In this document: piece by piece, positions 27,923-37,900 of the stretch
How positions within the stretch are numbered: the stretch's first letter is position 1
How the letters are laid out: every line of letters begins with the position of its first letter
Assembly: GCA_947084985.1 (NCBI GenBank)
Contig: CAMTUI010000018.1
Coordinates: forward strand, 36,868-100,867
Source: Methanobacteriota archaeon
GTDB taxonomy: Archaea > Thermoplasmatota > Thermoplasmata > RBG-16-68-12
Reading direction: 5' to 3'
Length of the DNA: 64,000 nt
Program-made: the position numbers and the translations under genes
Notes under the pieces: generated by a model
Seen by the model: the letters and a program-made list of their open reading frames with translations, nothing else
Told to the model about the DNA's origin: nothing
The model's database searches: none

Positions 27923-28416
27923 GCGAGCCGCTTCTGGATTATTTCCAAGTCGGAGCGGGAAAGCTCTTCCCGGGCTGTCGGGAAGAGACTCACCTTCTCC
28001 TTCCGAAAGTGGTCCCAGAGGAACTGGATCGTGAAGATCCCGTGTCGGTTAAGCTCCTGGATTCCGGGCCAGGGATCGTCGGACCGCTCCAGTTCAACGC
28101 GCGCCTCGAGGAACTTCTCGACCTCCCGGCGGATCTCGTCGTGCTCGTACGCCACGACGTTCACGAGGGTGCCGAAGCGACCGATCTTCGCCTCGAGGGG
28201 CGGGAGGACGACGTCGTCCTCGAGTCGCATGTGGGGCAGGAGCTCGTCGTTGAAGAAGCGGATCGCCTCGTCGAGGACCTCCCGGTTCGCGTCGCTCGCG
28301 TCCCGGAGAGCCATCATCTCGTCTAGCGTGGCCTCGAGCTCCGTGAGCTTGTCGACGAAGTCCGCGTGGGCATCGAGGAGCGATGCGAACGGATCCTCCG
28401 GCGATTCCTCGCCCAT
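27916..28416 (-). CDS. Hemerythrin-like (HHE cation-binding) domain protein
   Basis: 166 aa, helical. 'HADFVDKL', 'HMRLEDDVV' and 'EHDEIRREV' give the His/Glu spacing typical of hemerythrin-like domains. Confidence 0.65.
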   Translation of the reverse strand: MGEESPEDPFASLLDAHADFVDKLTELEATLDEMMALRDASDANREVLDEAIRFFNDELLPHMRLEDDVVLPPLEAKIGRFGTLVNVVAYEHDEIRREVEKFLEARVELERSDDPWPGIQELNRHGIFTIQFLWDHFRKEKVSLFPTAREELSRSDLEIIQKRLAH

Positions 28417-28457
28417 CGGAACGGCCTATCGGATCGGATGGTAAAAGGGTGCGCTCG

Positions 28458-29747
28458 TCACGGAGACGCCCTCGCGGGCGTTCGGGGGAACGGGACCGCA
28501 TCGCGAATGTGCTCGAGCTTGCAGATCCACTGGATGAGCCGTTCCATCCCCATGCCGAATCCCGCGTGCTGGACACTCCCGTAGCGACGGGAGTCGAGAT
28601 ACCATTCGTACGCCTTCGGGTCCTCTCCCTGCTCGACCAAGGACGTCTTGATCGTCTCGAGATCGATCTCGCGCTCGCTCCCGCCGACGACCTCCCCGAC
28701 GCCGTCGCCGCCGATCACGTCGAACGCGAGCACGAGGTCTGGATGCTTCGGGTCTCTCGCCTTGTAGAATGCCTGGGAGACCCGCGGGTAGTGCGTGACG
28801 ACGATTGGCTTCGTCTTTCCGTCCGTGAGGGCGCGTTCCTCGAGGGTGCGGAGGTCCTTGCCCCATTCGATCTCGATGCCCCTGGACTTCAGGATCTTCA
28901 GGGCCTCATCGTACGTGAGGCGCTCGAACGGCGGCTTGACGGCCTTCAGGAATTCCGGCGTGCGGCCGAGGGCGACCACGTCGTCCGGGCGCTCCTCCGC
29001 GACGCGCTGGCATGCGTGGGAGATCACGCCCTCCGCGTGCCTGATGACCTCGTCCATCCCGGCCCACGCTTGCTCCATCTCCGCGTGCCAGTATTCCGTC
29101 AGGTGGCGGCTCGTGCGGGACTTCTCCGCGCGGAAGGACGGGCCGACGTAGTACGCCTTCTCCATCGCCAGGACGATGGCCTCCGCGTACAGCTGCCATG
29201 ATTGCGTGAGATACGCCTTGCGTCCGAAGTAGTCGAGCTCGAACAGGGTCGCCCCGCCCTCGCTCCCGGCCGGCGTGATCATGGGCGGAGAGACTTCCCA
29301 GAACCCCTGGCCTCGGAAGTACTCATGGACCGCGTCGAACACGGTGTGCCGCACGCGGAAAATCGTCGTCATGCGCTGCGAGCGAATCCACAGGTGCCGG
29401 ACGTCGAGGAGGAACTCCTCGCTCAGGTCCTCCTGGATCGGGAACTTCTCCGCGAAGTGCACAACGTGGAAATCGGTCGCGCGGACTTCGTATCCGCCCG
29501 GAGCGCGCTTGTCCTCTGCCACCGTGCCGCGCACAATGACGGACGATTCGATCAGCGCCTTATCCGCGGCCGCGAAGGCGTCCGGAGGGACCGCGTCTCG
29601 AGCGATCGTCACCTGGACGACGCCGGTCGCGTCGCGGACTACGACGAACGCCTTGCCGCCCATCGAGCGCGTTCGGTGGATCCAGCCTCGCAGCTCGATT
29701 GACCCGCCCGTATGGCGTCCTTTCTGGATGTCCACGATCTGGACCAT
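28458..29747 (-). CDS. asnS: Asparaginyl-tRNA synthetase
   Basis: ATG 29747 (MVQIVDIQKG...). 'GPSFRAEKSRTSRHLTEYWHAEME' (class II motif 2, Asn type) and 'GFGMGMERL'. 429 aa. The upstream 139 aa of the track ORF look non-coding. Confidence 0.9.
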   Translation of the reverse strand: MVQIVDIQKGRHTGGSIELRGWIHRTRSMGGKAFVVVRDATGVVQVTIARDAVPPDAFAAADKALIESSVIVRGTVAEDKRAPGGYEVRATDFHVVHFAEKFPIQEDLSEEFLLDVRHLWIRSQRMTTIFRVRHTVFDAVHEYFRGQGFWEVSPPMITPAGSEGGATLFELDYFGRKAYLTQSWQLYAEAIVLAMEKAYYVGPSFRAEKSRTSRHLTEYWHAEMEQAWAGMDEVIRHAEGVISHACQRVAEERPDDVVALGRTPEFLKAVKPPFERLTYDEALKILKSRGIEIEWGKDLRTLEERALTDGKTKPIVVTHYPRVSQAFYKARDPKHPDLVLAFDVIGGDGVGEVVGGSEREIDLETIKTSLVEQGEDPKAYEWYLDSRRYGSVQHAGFGMGMERLIQWICKLEHIRDAVPFPRTPARASP

Positions 29748-29834
29748 GAAGTCCCCGGCCCATCCGGGTGGGTCTAGATTACACTTTCGCGCTGCGACTC
29801 CGAGTCGAAAAGGACAAAAGGATGTCCGCGATTC

Positions 29835-30329
29835 GTGCGCACCTTGCTTCGAGTCGCGGGCTCCGGAGATGTGGACGCACTGTACCGCTTCGAGGTCCTC
29901 TGCTTCCACGAACGGCGCTTCCGGCGGGAGCACGTGGACTGGATCCTGCGGAACGAACGAGCACTGACCCTCGTTGTTGACGGCCCCACGGGGCTGCGCG
30001 GTGCAATCATGATGCTGTTCGAGGGCCAGGTGTGCCGCATTCTCTCCGTCGCGGTGGCGCCGGACGAGCGCCGACGAGGCCTCGGGAGCCGCCTGATGAA
30101 GGCCGCCGAGGATCTGAGCCAGGAGCGCGGATGCTCCAGCGTCCGTCTCGAGGTCAGCACGCACAACCTGGCGGCGATCGAATTCTACCGCGGCCTCGGC
30201 TATCGCACCGACGGCGTCCTCTACGGATACTACACCTGGGGAGAGGACGCGTACAGCATGCAGAAGGCAATCCCTCCACCGGCGGAAGTGCCCGCCGGCA
30301 TGTGGACCGCAAGCAGATATCCGACCTGA
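29835..30329 (+). CDS. GNAT-family N-acetyltransferase (RimI-like)
   Basis: 'ILSVAVAPDERRRGLGSRLM' (acetyl-CoA motif A) and 'NLAAIEFYRGLGY'. 164 aa. Confidence 0.85.
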   Translation: MRTLLRVAGSGDVDALYRFEVLCFHERRFRREHVDWILRNERALTLVVDGPTGLRGAIMMLFEGQVCRILSVAVAPDERRRGLGSRLMKAAEDLSQERGCSSVRLEVSTHNLAAIEFYRGLGYRTDGVLYGYYTWGEDAYSMQKAIPPPAEVPAGMWTASRYPT

Positions 30330-30355
30330 TTTATAATATCCAGTATATTAATATC
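30329..30355. promoter_or_regulatory. Extreme AT island (4 G/C in 27 nt) with an inverted repeat TAATAT-N5-ATATTA
   Basis: atttataatatccagtatattaatatc lies immediately after the rimI-like stop. Repeat arms are at 30334-30339 and 30345-30350. It could be a terminator, promoter or operator. Confidence 0.4.
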
Positions 30356-30411
30356 GGAACGGGGATCCAGAGATTTCTGCAAAACGCTTAAGGTCTGCGT
30401 GACGATGCCGC

Positions 30412-30426
30412 GTGCTCGCAGAGCAC
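30412..30426 (+). promoter_or_regulatory. Perfect hairpin GUGCUC-GCA-GAGCAC ending 2 nt before the pdaD ATG
   Basis: Read directly from the sequence. A CTTAAGG TATA-like box at 30387-30393 would place this hairpin at the very 5' end of the mRNA. Confidence 0.45.
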
Positions 30427-30427
30427 C

Positions 30428-30895
30428 ATGCTGCCCATCCCAACGAAGTTTTTCGTGACGTCCGGCAAGGCCGTCTCGAAGGTGTCGGACCTGAACGCGT
30501 TCGACGAGGCCCTCCAAAACGCTGGGCTGGCGGAGCAGAATATCGTCTCCGTGTCGTCCGTTCTGCCGGTGGGCATCAAGCCGGTCCGTCGGCGCGACCT
30601 CCCGATGGGAGCGATCACCCACTGCGTCCTCGCGCAACAGCGAGGCGGGGAAGGGGAGACGATCTCCGCCGGGATCGCGTACGGCTTCCGCGACGACGGC
30701 TTCGGAGGGTACGTCGCGGAGGGACACATGCACGGGACGAAGAAGTCCCTCAAGGAGGTCATGGAGTGGAAGATGGGGGAGATGGCGAAGCTCCGGGGTA
30801 TCCGGTTCCGCAAGATCGAGTATCTCATCGAGGAACTCAGCATCCCGATGGACCATTACGGCGCGTGCCTGGCGGCCCTCGTCTTCCTCGTCTGA
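30428..30895 (+). CDS. pdaD: Pyruvoyl-dependent arginine decarboxylase
   Basis: 'PTKFFVTSGKA' and 'NIVSVSSVLP' (self-cleavage Ser-Ser region). 155 aa. Confidence 0.9.
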   Translation: MLPIPTKFFVTSGKAVSKVSDLNAFDEALQNAGLAEQNIVSVSSVLPVGIKPVRRRDLPMGAITHCVLAQQRGGEGETISAGIAYGFRDDGFGGYVAEGHMHGTKKSLKEVMEWKMGEMAKLRGIRFRKIEYLIEELSIPMDHYGACLAALVFLV

Positions 30896-30899
30896 GGCC

Positions 30900-31376
30900 A
30901 TGTACGGCGTCGTCGTCTGTCCTCGCTGCAAACGGGCGAAGGGCGTCGACCTGAAACAGAAGACGACCACGTGCGCGTGCGGCTTCGAAATCCGTGTGAT
31001 CCCGTCGAAGGTCCGCGCGCGTGCACAGACCGCACGGGACCTCGCGCCGCTCGTCGGCCGAGTGAGCGCGGAGCTGGCGGGTGGCATGAAGGCGTACGAA
31101 GCCGCGATGGCCCCAGCCCGCAGAACACGAACGCGCGACGTGCAGACGCGCGTCGTCGCAATCGCGATGAAACCGCGGGATCGTACAACCCGGCTCCGCC
31201 TCGCCGCGCTCGAGCTCACGAAAGAACTCGAGGTCTTCTCTCTCGCAGATTGGACAAAGGTCCTCGATGGGCTTGGAATCCCCGACTCCGAGGCGGCCTT
31301 GGCCGCCCTCGTCCACGACAACGTCGTGTACGAGCCGAAGCGGGGATTCTACCGAATCGTGGCCCTCAGTCCCTAG
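30900..31376 (+). CDS. Zinc-ribbon protein with a C-terminal winged-helix-like region, function unknown
   Basis: 'CPRCKRAKGVDLKQKTTTCACG' at the N-terminus. 158 aa. It lies 4 nt after pdaD. Confidence 0.6.
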   Translation: MYGVVVCPRCKRAKGVDLKQKTTTCACGFEIRVIPSKVRARAQTARDLAPLVGRVSAELAGGMKAYEAAMAPARRTRTRDVQTRVVAIAMKPRDRTTRLRLAALELTKELEVFSLADWTKVLDGLGIPDSEAALAALVHDNVVYEPKRGFYRIVALSP

Positions 31377-32100
31377 CCGCCTTCATGCGTCGCCGCTCCC
31401 GCCGTAGCTCGCGGCGGATGTCGTCCGGCAGCGTCCCGGGGAGCAGGACACGGTACACGTAGACATACAGGAGCAGGGCGAACCCCAGCGATGTGCCGAC
31501 GGACAGGAGGGCCCAAGGGTTTTCGATCCCGAACAGGAACGGGAAGAGGAAGGCGCCATGGGCCAGGCGCACGAGGACCGCCCGAGCGTAGGCCCGCCAC
31601 GTGTCCCCACGGGACGCCCCAAAACCGATGATGGCGCCCGTGTCCGCGTTCACGAGGCTCAGGCTGATCGAGAAGAGGACGAGGAGGACGAACCCCTCGA
31701 CTACGTACAACACGTCCAAGGCCGTCCACAGGACCGTGGCGACAACGGCCGTCGTGGCCGCGCCGACGCCTAGCGGGACGCCGTAGAACGTGGTGTCGAA
31801 TCGCCCGCGGTACGCTCGGCGGTTCAGGTAGACGAGCTTGAATCCTTCCTCGAACAGGAACGTCACGATGATGGCGACAAGGGAAGACGTGAGGTCGACG
31901 CGCGGCAAGGAGAGGGTCAGTACGCTCGCGATCACGCCGAATACAAGACCGACCGCCAGGCTTCCGAACACGCGGCGGTCGTCGAACAAGGTGTGGTCCA
32001 CCCACGGACGATCGAACCGCCGCAACGACGTCCAGAGGAGGATCAGCGCGGGCACAATCCCCAGGAGGAGGGCGACGAAGAAGTCCTCGCGCGTCGCCAT
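31366..32100 (-). CDS. PrsW-like intramembrane protease family membrane protein (tentative)
   Basis: About 7 TM with 'FLFEEGFKLVY' (EExxK-like) and 'RLAHGAFLF'. 244 aa. Confidence 0.5.
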   Translation of the reverse strand: MATREDFFVALLLGIVPALILLWTSLRRFDRPWVDHTLFDDRRVFGSLAVGLVFGVIASVLTLSLPRVDLTSSLVAIIVTFLFEEGFKLVYLNRRAYRGRFDTTFYGVPLGVGAATTAVVATVLWTALDVLYVVEGFVLLVLFSISLSLVNADTGAIIGFGASRGDTWRAYARAVLVRLAHGAFLFPFLFGIENPWALLSVGTSLGFALLLYVYVYRVLLPGTLPDDIRRELRRERRRMKAARD

Positions 32101-32126
32101 GTGGACGTGCCAAAGAAGGCCGGCTA

Positions 32127-32132
32127 CTTAAG
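32127..32132 (-). promoter_or_regulatory. CTTAAG-core TATA-like box about 29 nt upstream of the PrsW-like start (leaderless)
   Basis: 'ctacttaagcgc' in the divergent gap. A second box, GTTTATGG at 32172-32179, lies ~32 nt upstream of ATG 32208 on the plus strand. Confidence 0.4.
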
Positions 32133-32207
32133 CGCACGTCCGACTATCGGCTCTGACAACGGGACGCGTGGGTTTATGGCCCTCCCGGGGGGTCGATTTC
32201 CCGTTCG

Positions 32208-34124
32208 ATGCCCGGGAAACAGGCCCGGGTCCTGTGTCCCGTCTGCCAGGAGCCAATCCCTCCGGACGAGACGGAGTGCGAGAACTGCGGGGCATTCGTC
32301 ATCGACGAGGCCGTTGTGCGCCTCGGGCGAGCCTTCGGGCTGAAGCGCGAAGCCGCGCTCAAGCTCGTCGAGATGGGCTTCCGCCATCCGAGGCAGCTGA
32401 AGGACCGGGATCCGGGAAGCGTCTTGCAGAAGGGCGAGGTAGGCCTGCTGTTCATCTGCATGAACTGCGGCGGCTTCGTCGCGAGCGGCGACACGAAGTG
32501 CCCGCGCTGCGCCGCGGAATTCGAGTCGGAACCGGAGGAGCCGGTCCCCGAGGAAGAGGACATCCTCGATATCGTCCTCTGTCCGGTGTGCGGGGCGGAC
32601 AACGACTCCGAATTGTTCGAGTGCGAGATCTGCGGGGAGCCGCTACGGGAACCATCTCCCGCTCCCTTCCCGCCGAAGGTCGAGGTCGCTCCCGCGCGGA
32701 CGGAGCAGGGGAAGCCCGCGGCACCGGTCTTGGTCCCCGCGCCACCTGTCCGCCCGAGTGTAATGCCCGCGCGGAAAGCGCCGCTGCGCGAGAGCCCCGG
32801 GCCGACGTCCTACCCCCCGCTCCCCGCAAGTGGGACGAGTGCGTCGAAGCCCGCTGCCAGAGCGCTGGATCTACCGAAACCGGACCCCGTGAAGGTCGTG
32901 CCGCCACGCCCCGCGGCTCCCGTGTCCCTCGCGAGCCCTGCCAGGACAATGCCTCCTCGGCCTGCCAAGGCGACGGTCACAACGCCGCGTGGTGACGTCA
33001 AAGCATTGCCCCAGAAACGGGTCCGGTCCGACCAAGGAATGAACCCTCGCGGCGTGCCGGAGAGAATCGCAGCACGCGTCGTCGTCGCACCGGAAATCGT
33101 CGGCGGATTCGTCCTCGCGGCGGGCGCAGGGCTCCTCCTGTCCGGGATCCTGGTCCAAGTCGCGGTCAGTGCGGGTATCGCGGCGTTTCTCGCAGGCCTG
33201 CTCGCGTACGTGGTCCCGATGTTCCTCCGATCCGGTGTCCGGGTCGGGATCCGCGATGCGATCCTCCTCGCAGCGGGCGCCGCTCTCGGGCTCGGCGTGC
33301 CGATTCTCCACGCCGCGGGCGCGGACACGTCGGTCCTGGGGACCGGGATGGCAATCGCGAGCGCGATCCCCTTCGCAAGGGCGACCTGGCACCTCTTGGA
33401 GGGCCGGGCCAAGGTCACGCTTGCGGTCGGGAGCGCGGTCCCGCTGATCGGGCTCGCCCTCGCCGCCGCCCAATATCCTCCGCTGGCCCACTCGATTCCA
33501 TGGACGATCTCGGTCCTCGCGGCGATACCCTGGCCTGCGGCCCTGGCCGTCGCGGAGGTCCGGCGGCGGCAGTCGACAGCGGCCTTGAGGCGGGAGCTCG
33601 TGCGGGCCGAGCGGGACATCGTCCAGAAGAACTACCAGCGGTCCCTTGAAGAGTACAATCGGGCGATCGTCGCGACTCGAAAGAACGTCCCCGGCGCGGA
33701 GATCCCTTGGTACGGGAAGGGCGCGACCCTCATCCTGCTGGGCCGGTACGAGGAGGCCCTCCGGGCCATCGACACGGCCCTGGACATCAATCCGCATAAC
33801 GAGGTCGCCTGGGTGAACAAGGGGAACGCGCTCTCGAAGATGGGGCGGTTCGTCGATGCGCTGCGCTGCTTCAATGCGGCGATCAAGGTGAACCCCCGCT
33901 ACGAGGTCGCGTGGAACAACAAGGGGAACGCGCTCGCCCGCCTCGGGAAGTACGAAGAGGCCGTCCAGTGCTATGACCGGGCCCTCGGCATTGATCCGGG
34001 GTACCGCGGTGCCTGGGTGAACAAGGGCTTCGTGCTCACGAAGCTGGGTCGCTTCGACGAAGCGGCATCGTGCGCGGACCGTGCGCTGGGCCTGAATCCA
34101 GGTCGGCGGGCGGAGCTCGCCTGA
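32208..34124 (+). CDS. Polytopic membrane protein: N-terminal 3 zinc ribbons plus HhH-like motif, Pro-rich linker, ~6 TM, C-terminal ~5 TPR repeats
   Basis: 'CPVCQEPIPPDETECENCG', 'CMNCGGFVASGDTKCPRCA', 'CPVCGADNDSELFECEICG'. TM block at aa ~290-480. TPR run 'YNRAIVATRKN...WYGKGATLILLGRYEEALRAIDTALDINP...'. 638 aa. Confidence 0.8.
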   Translation: MPGKQARVLCPVCQEPIPPDETECENCGAFVIDEAVVRLGRAFGLKREAALKLVEMGFRHPRQLKDRDPGSVLQKGEVGLLFICMNCGGFVASGDTKCPRCAAEFESEPEEPVPEEEDILDIVLCPVCGADNDSELFECEICGEPLREPSPAPFPPKVEVAPARTEQGKPAAPVLVPAPPVRPSVMPARKAPLRESPGPTSYPPLPASGTSASKPAARALDLPKPDPVKVVPPRPAAPVSLASPARTMPPRPAKATVTTPRGDVKALPQKRVRSDQGMNPRGVPERIAARVVVAPEIVGGFVLAAGAGLLLSGILVQVAVSAGIAAFLAGLLAYVVPMFLRSGVRVGIRDAILLAAGAALGLGVPILHAAGADTSVLGTGMAIASAIPFARATWHLLEGRAKVTLAVGSAVPLIGLALAAAQYPPLAHSIPWTISVLAAIPWPAALAVAEVRRRQSTAALRRELVRAERDIVQKNYQRSLEEYNRAIVATRKNVPGAEIPWYGKGATLILLGRYEEALRAIDTALDINPHNEVAWVNKGNALSKMGRFVDALRCFNAAIKVNPRYEVAWNNKGNALARLGKYEEAVQCYDRALGIDPGYRGAWVNKGFVLTKLGRFDEAASCADRALGLNPGRRAELA

Positions 34125-34217
34125 CCGCACACGGCAATTCGCATTCTCGACAATACGTTCGGTTCGTTAATAAAGGGAGACGTCACAACGTCGACCGGAG
34201 AACGCCAGAGGCTCGCC

Positions 34218-34442
34218 GTGGCTCGCATTGTCGAGAAGATATCGCTGGATCGACTCCGGGATCGAGAGCTGCGGGTGAGCTTCCTCTGCCCGTACTGCAA
34301 GTCCACACGGATCACCCTCGCGGCAACCCAGACGACGGACGACTGGAACGGGATCGACTGCCCGAAGTGCCAGGCTCACATTCTCCTCGACAGCGTGAGC
34401 CTCGTCGTGATCAAGGATGGTACCTCGCCCGCGCGGACGTGA
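34218..34442 (+). CDS. Small (74-aa) zinc-ribbon protein
   Basis: GTG start with 'CPYC...(25)...CPKC'. Confidence 0.45.
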   Translation: MARIVEKISLDRLRDRELRVSFLCPYCKSTRITLAATQTTDDWNGIDCPKCQAHILLDSVSLVVIKDGTSPART

Positions 34443-34447
34443 GCCCG

Positions 34448-34873
34448 TCACGATCCCCAGATGGACGGGTCCTGGGGCTGCTTCAGATCGAACTCGTTCC
34501 CGTCCGGGTCGACGAATTCGCAGAGCCACTCGCCCCACTCCATCTTCTTCGGCGGGTACAGGAACCGCACGCCCTTGGCGCGCATGCGCTCGTAGTCCGC
34601 TTGGATGTCGTCCGTGATGAACGTGATCCCCGTGGGGCCCGGTTCCGTCGTCCCTCCCATCTCGCAGAGATGGACGCGGGTCCGCGGGCGCCCGGGACCC
34701 AGCTCAATCCAGTGCCCGGGATCCTCCGGCGTCCCGTGGACGGAGGGATCCAAGTTCGAGTCTCTCGGCCCGATGAACGCGATCGCGAGGCCGATCACGT
34801 CCCGGTACCATGCGATTGCCTTGCTCCCGTTCGAGACGACGATGGCCACCGTGTCAATGCCGACGACGGTCAT
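34448..34873 (-). CDS. VOC-family (glyoxalase / bleomycin-resistance fold) protein
   Basis: The start is taken at the ATG giving 'MTVVGIDTVAIVVSNGSKAIAWYRDVIGL...GNEFDL'. 141 aa. The upstream part of the track ORF overlaps lhr. Confidence 0.8.
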   Translation of the reverse strand: MTVVGIDTVAIVVSNGSKAIAWYRDVIGLAIAFIGPRDSNLDPSVHGTPEDPGHWIELGPGRPRTRVHLCEMGGTTEPGPTGITFITDDIQADYERMRAKGVRFLYPPKKMEWGEWLCEFVDPDGNEFDLKQPQDPSIWGS

Positions 34874-34919
34874 GCGAATCGAACGTGTAAACGCAACGTG
34901 TGGGTAAGAATCCGAGGGC

Positions 34920-37900
34920 TCACTTCTCTGCCGCGCGACCGTACATCTTCGCATACCACTCCATGACCTCGTGGTCCGAGATCCGCTCGACCTCCTCCTC
35001 GACCGCGAGCTCGTTCTCTGCCTCCCAGGCGTCGATGACGCGACGCGCGGCCGCATCCCCCTGGAACTCCGTGACGACGAACTGCCACTTCCGCCTGCGA
35101 GCCTTGAAGGCGGCGACCATCTCGGGGCCGTCGAAGACGACAAAGCAGGAGCCCATGCGGAACTTCCTCGACACGGCCTCCCTCACGTACAAGAATAGGT
35201 TGTCCAGGGGCGTGAGGACGAACTTCCGGCGGAACGCGAGGTGCCCGATCTGGGGGAGATCCTCCTTGATCATCCACATGACCGTGCGCTCGCCGCGGGC
35301 GAGGAAGCCCTTCGCGAGCCATCCCTCCTTCTCGAACTCCCGCAGACGCTGGCGGATCTCCGCCATGTTGTACGCGAACAGCGTGCATGCGGACAGGGCC
35401 TCGGCCGACGTCACGCCGAGGCCCGCGATGATCCGCCGCAGGACCTCCCTCCGCGCGTCCTCCCGGCTGATCTTCGGGTCCGGCACGACGCGGTAGCGGT
35501 TGCTGGCGTCCCTCGTGATGAAGAGGCCTTCGTAGAGCTTGCGCAGCGCGGCGGTCGTCGTCGCCCGGCCGAGATCGGAAAGGGCGAGAAGCCGAGGCCG
35601 CGAAATCGGGCTCTCGTCTTCGGCGATTTTCAGGATGGTCCGCATGTCCTTCGTGAGCCGCGCGGCCTTCGCGGCCTTGTACAGCCGAAGGTCGTCCTCC
35701 GTGCAGTACGTCCAGTAGCGGGGGACCGCGAGGCCTTTCACGAGCAGGCCGTTCCGATGCATCCGTTCCAGGGGCCGGAAATCCTTCACGCGGAGGCGGG
35801 CCGCGAAATCGGACCGGAGGCCGCCCAAGGCCTGTGCCGCCGCGAGGACGTCTCGGAACCGGGCCTCCGGGGCGATCCCCTGCTTGTGCAGCACATATGC
35901 CAGGAGATCCTTCGGGTCGAAGTCACGGGGCACGATCGGCCCGTGGGCGAGGAAGTCGGAGAGCTTGACGAAGCCCGCGCGGGTCCACGGGGACAGGTCC
36001 TCCGCCTCGGGGACGTCTTTGCCCTGGAAGCGGGTGACGCGCAGGACGTCGACCCCACGCATCGCGTAGAAGGACATCGTACGGACGAGGGCGTCGATCG
36101 CCTCGTCGAGGAGATCCGGTGAGACGAGGTCCATCTCCCGCACCTCGATGCACCCGCTCATCTCCCAGATCTCCGCCATCCCGACGAGGTCCCCGTCCTT
36201 CACGATCGGGAAGAACCAGCCCTCGCCGTAGCGGCTCGCGACCTGCGCCCAGAGGGGCTGCGCCCACGGGTCCAAGAGGGACAGGACGCGCACGGGGTCC
36301 TTCGTGGACTGCCCGGCCGTATTCCGCAGGCCTGGCAGATCGTCCGCGAGGACGTACATCTCCGATTCCGCCTTGCCCGTGACGAGGATGCGCGTGACGA
36401 CGCCGCGTTCCTCCATCCGGTCCAAGAGGACCTCGAGTTCGTCCCACTCGAAGCGCGCCCACTCGCGGATCCCGGAGAAGGGAACCGGACCGTAGGCCGC
36501 GAGGAAGCGCCGCACAATCGCCTCGAGGGCGTCCGGCACCGTCTCACCGGGCGGATTGAACGCGACGTACAGGTTGCGAGCGGTCCACCCGTCCCCCTGG
36601 AACTTCCGGATGACGTACACATCGTAGTCGAGGGTCTCCAGGGCCTCCTTGACTCGCTCCCGTTCCTCGCGCATCTTCGTCGCGATCGCATAGAGGTCCA
36701 TGCCTTCGCCCGCTCGGATCACGGAGAGAACCTTCTCCTCGAACTCGCTCAGGGGGCTTCGCTTGAACGCAGAGAGGAAGAGCGGGACATCCTTCGCGCG
36801 CACGTAGCGCACGCGGCCATTGAGGAATCGACCCTCGAGGAGATCCCCGGCGGCCCGTCGCCGGAGCCACTCGTCGTACCGGAACCTCGCGGTGTGGTTC
36901 CACACATCGAGGACCATCCCCGCCTCGAGGAACCGGTCGAAGTAGTCGTCGAGGGTCTCGATGCCGCGGAACTGCTTCTCCAGGAGGAACGCCTTCACCT
37001 GGCCCTCGTCGAACACCTCGCGCGTCTCGCCCTTCCGCTGGATGCGCTGGAGGTCCCGGGTCATCATGTACTGGAACTCCTTGTCGACGAGGAAATGGCC
37101 CGAGGAGACGGCTCCCTCCGACTCGAGGTCCCTGAGGACCTCTTCGACGAGATCGACCTCGAGGCCCAGGGCAACTGCGAGTTCCTGCGCGGAGTGCGGC
37201 CCATCGACCTCGAGGCGCTTCGCGAGGAGCTTGTCGAGGGCCTCCTCGAAGTTCGCCCGCTGAGGGTCCCGCGCGAAGTACACGGTCTCCTCCACGCCCC
37301 GGCGGCCGAGGAGGTACGCGCGCTCGAGCTTCCGGAGGGCCTCGTTCAGGTCGTCCTTTTCCATCTTCGTGAGGCGAGCGAGGTCCTTGTGGGACCGCGG
37401 TTTCTCCCGGACGAGGGTGAGAATCTTCTCCTCCCGTGGCTTGAGCCGGGCCCGCTGCGCGTGGACCGCAGCGTACGCCGGGACGAGGTCCTTCAGGGTC
37501 CAGTGGATCCCCTGAGGCGTCCACACGCTCTCGACGGGGCCTTCTTCCATGAGCTGGCCGGACCACTTGCGCACGTCCGCGAAGGACGCGGTCGCGACGT
37601 CGAACGCGTTGCGTCCTTTCTGCTGCAATAGGTTCGCGTCCCCCACCCGGTCGAGGTACGACAGGACATCCTCCTTGCGGGCGATCTTCGGGAGTTTCCG
37701 CCGGAAGTACTCGGCGATCTCGCCCGGCTGGAACTGGATCGAGCTGATCTGGTCCGTCGGCATGACGCGCTCGAGGACCTTGCGGTGCAGTTCCCGCAGC
37801 AGGGCGGAGCGGTCCTCCATGAGCACGAGGTCGGACACACCCTGGAGGACGACGTTGTGTGCGAAGGGCGACGGCAGATTGCTGAAGTCGCTCTCCCTCA

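Noticed and set aside
31366-34124. Direct analogy to the bacterial PrsW / RsiW (zinc anti-sigma) site-1 proteolysis pair.
   Set aside because: I count about six TM helices in the 32208..34124 protein, which puts both the zinc-ribbon head and the TPR tail in the cytoplasm, unlike single-pass RsiW. Only the weaker statement of adjacency and shared promoter region is kept as a finding.
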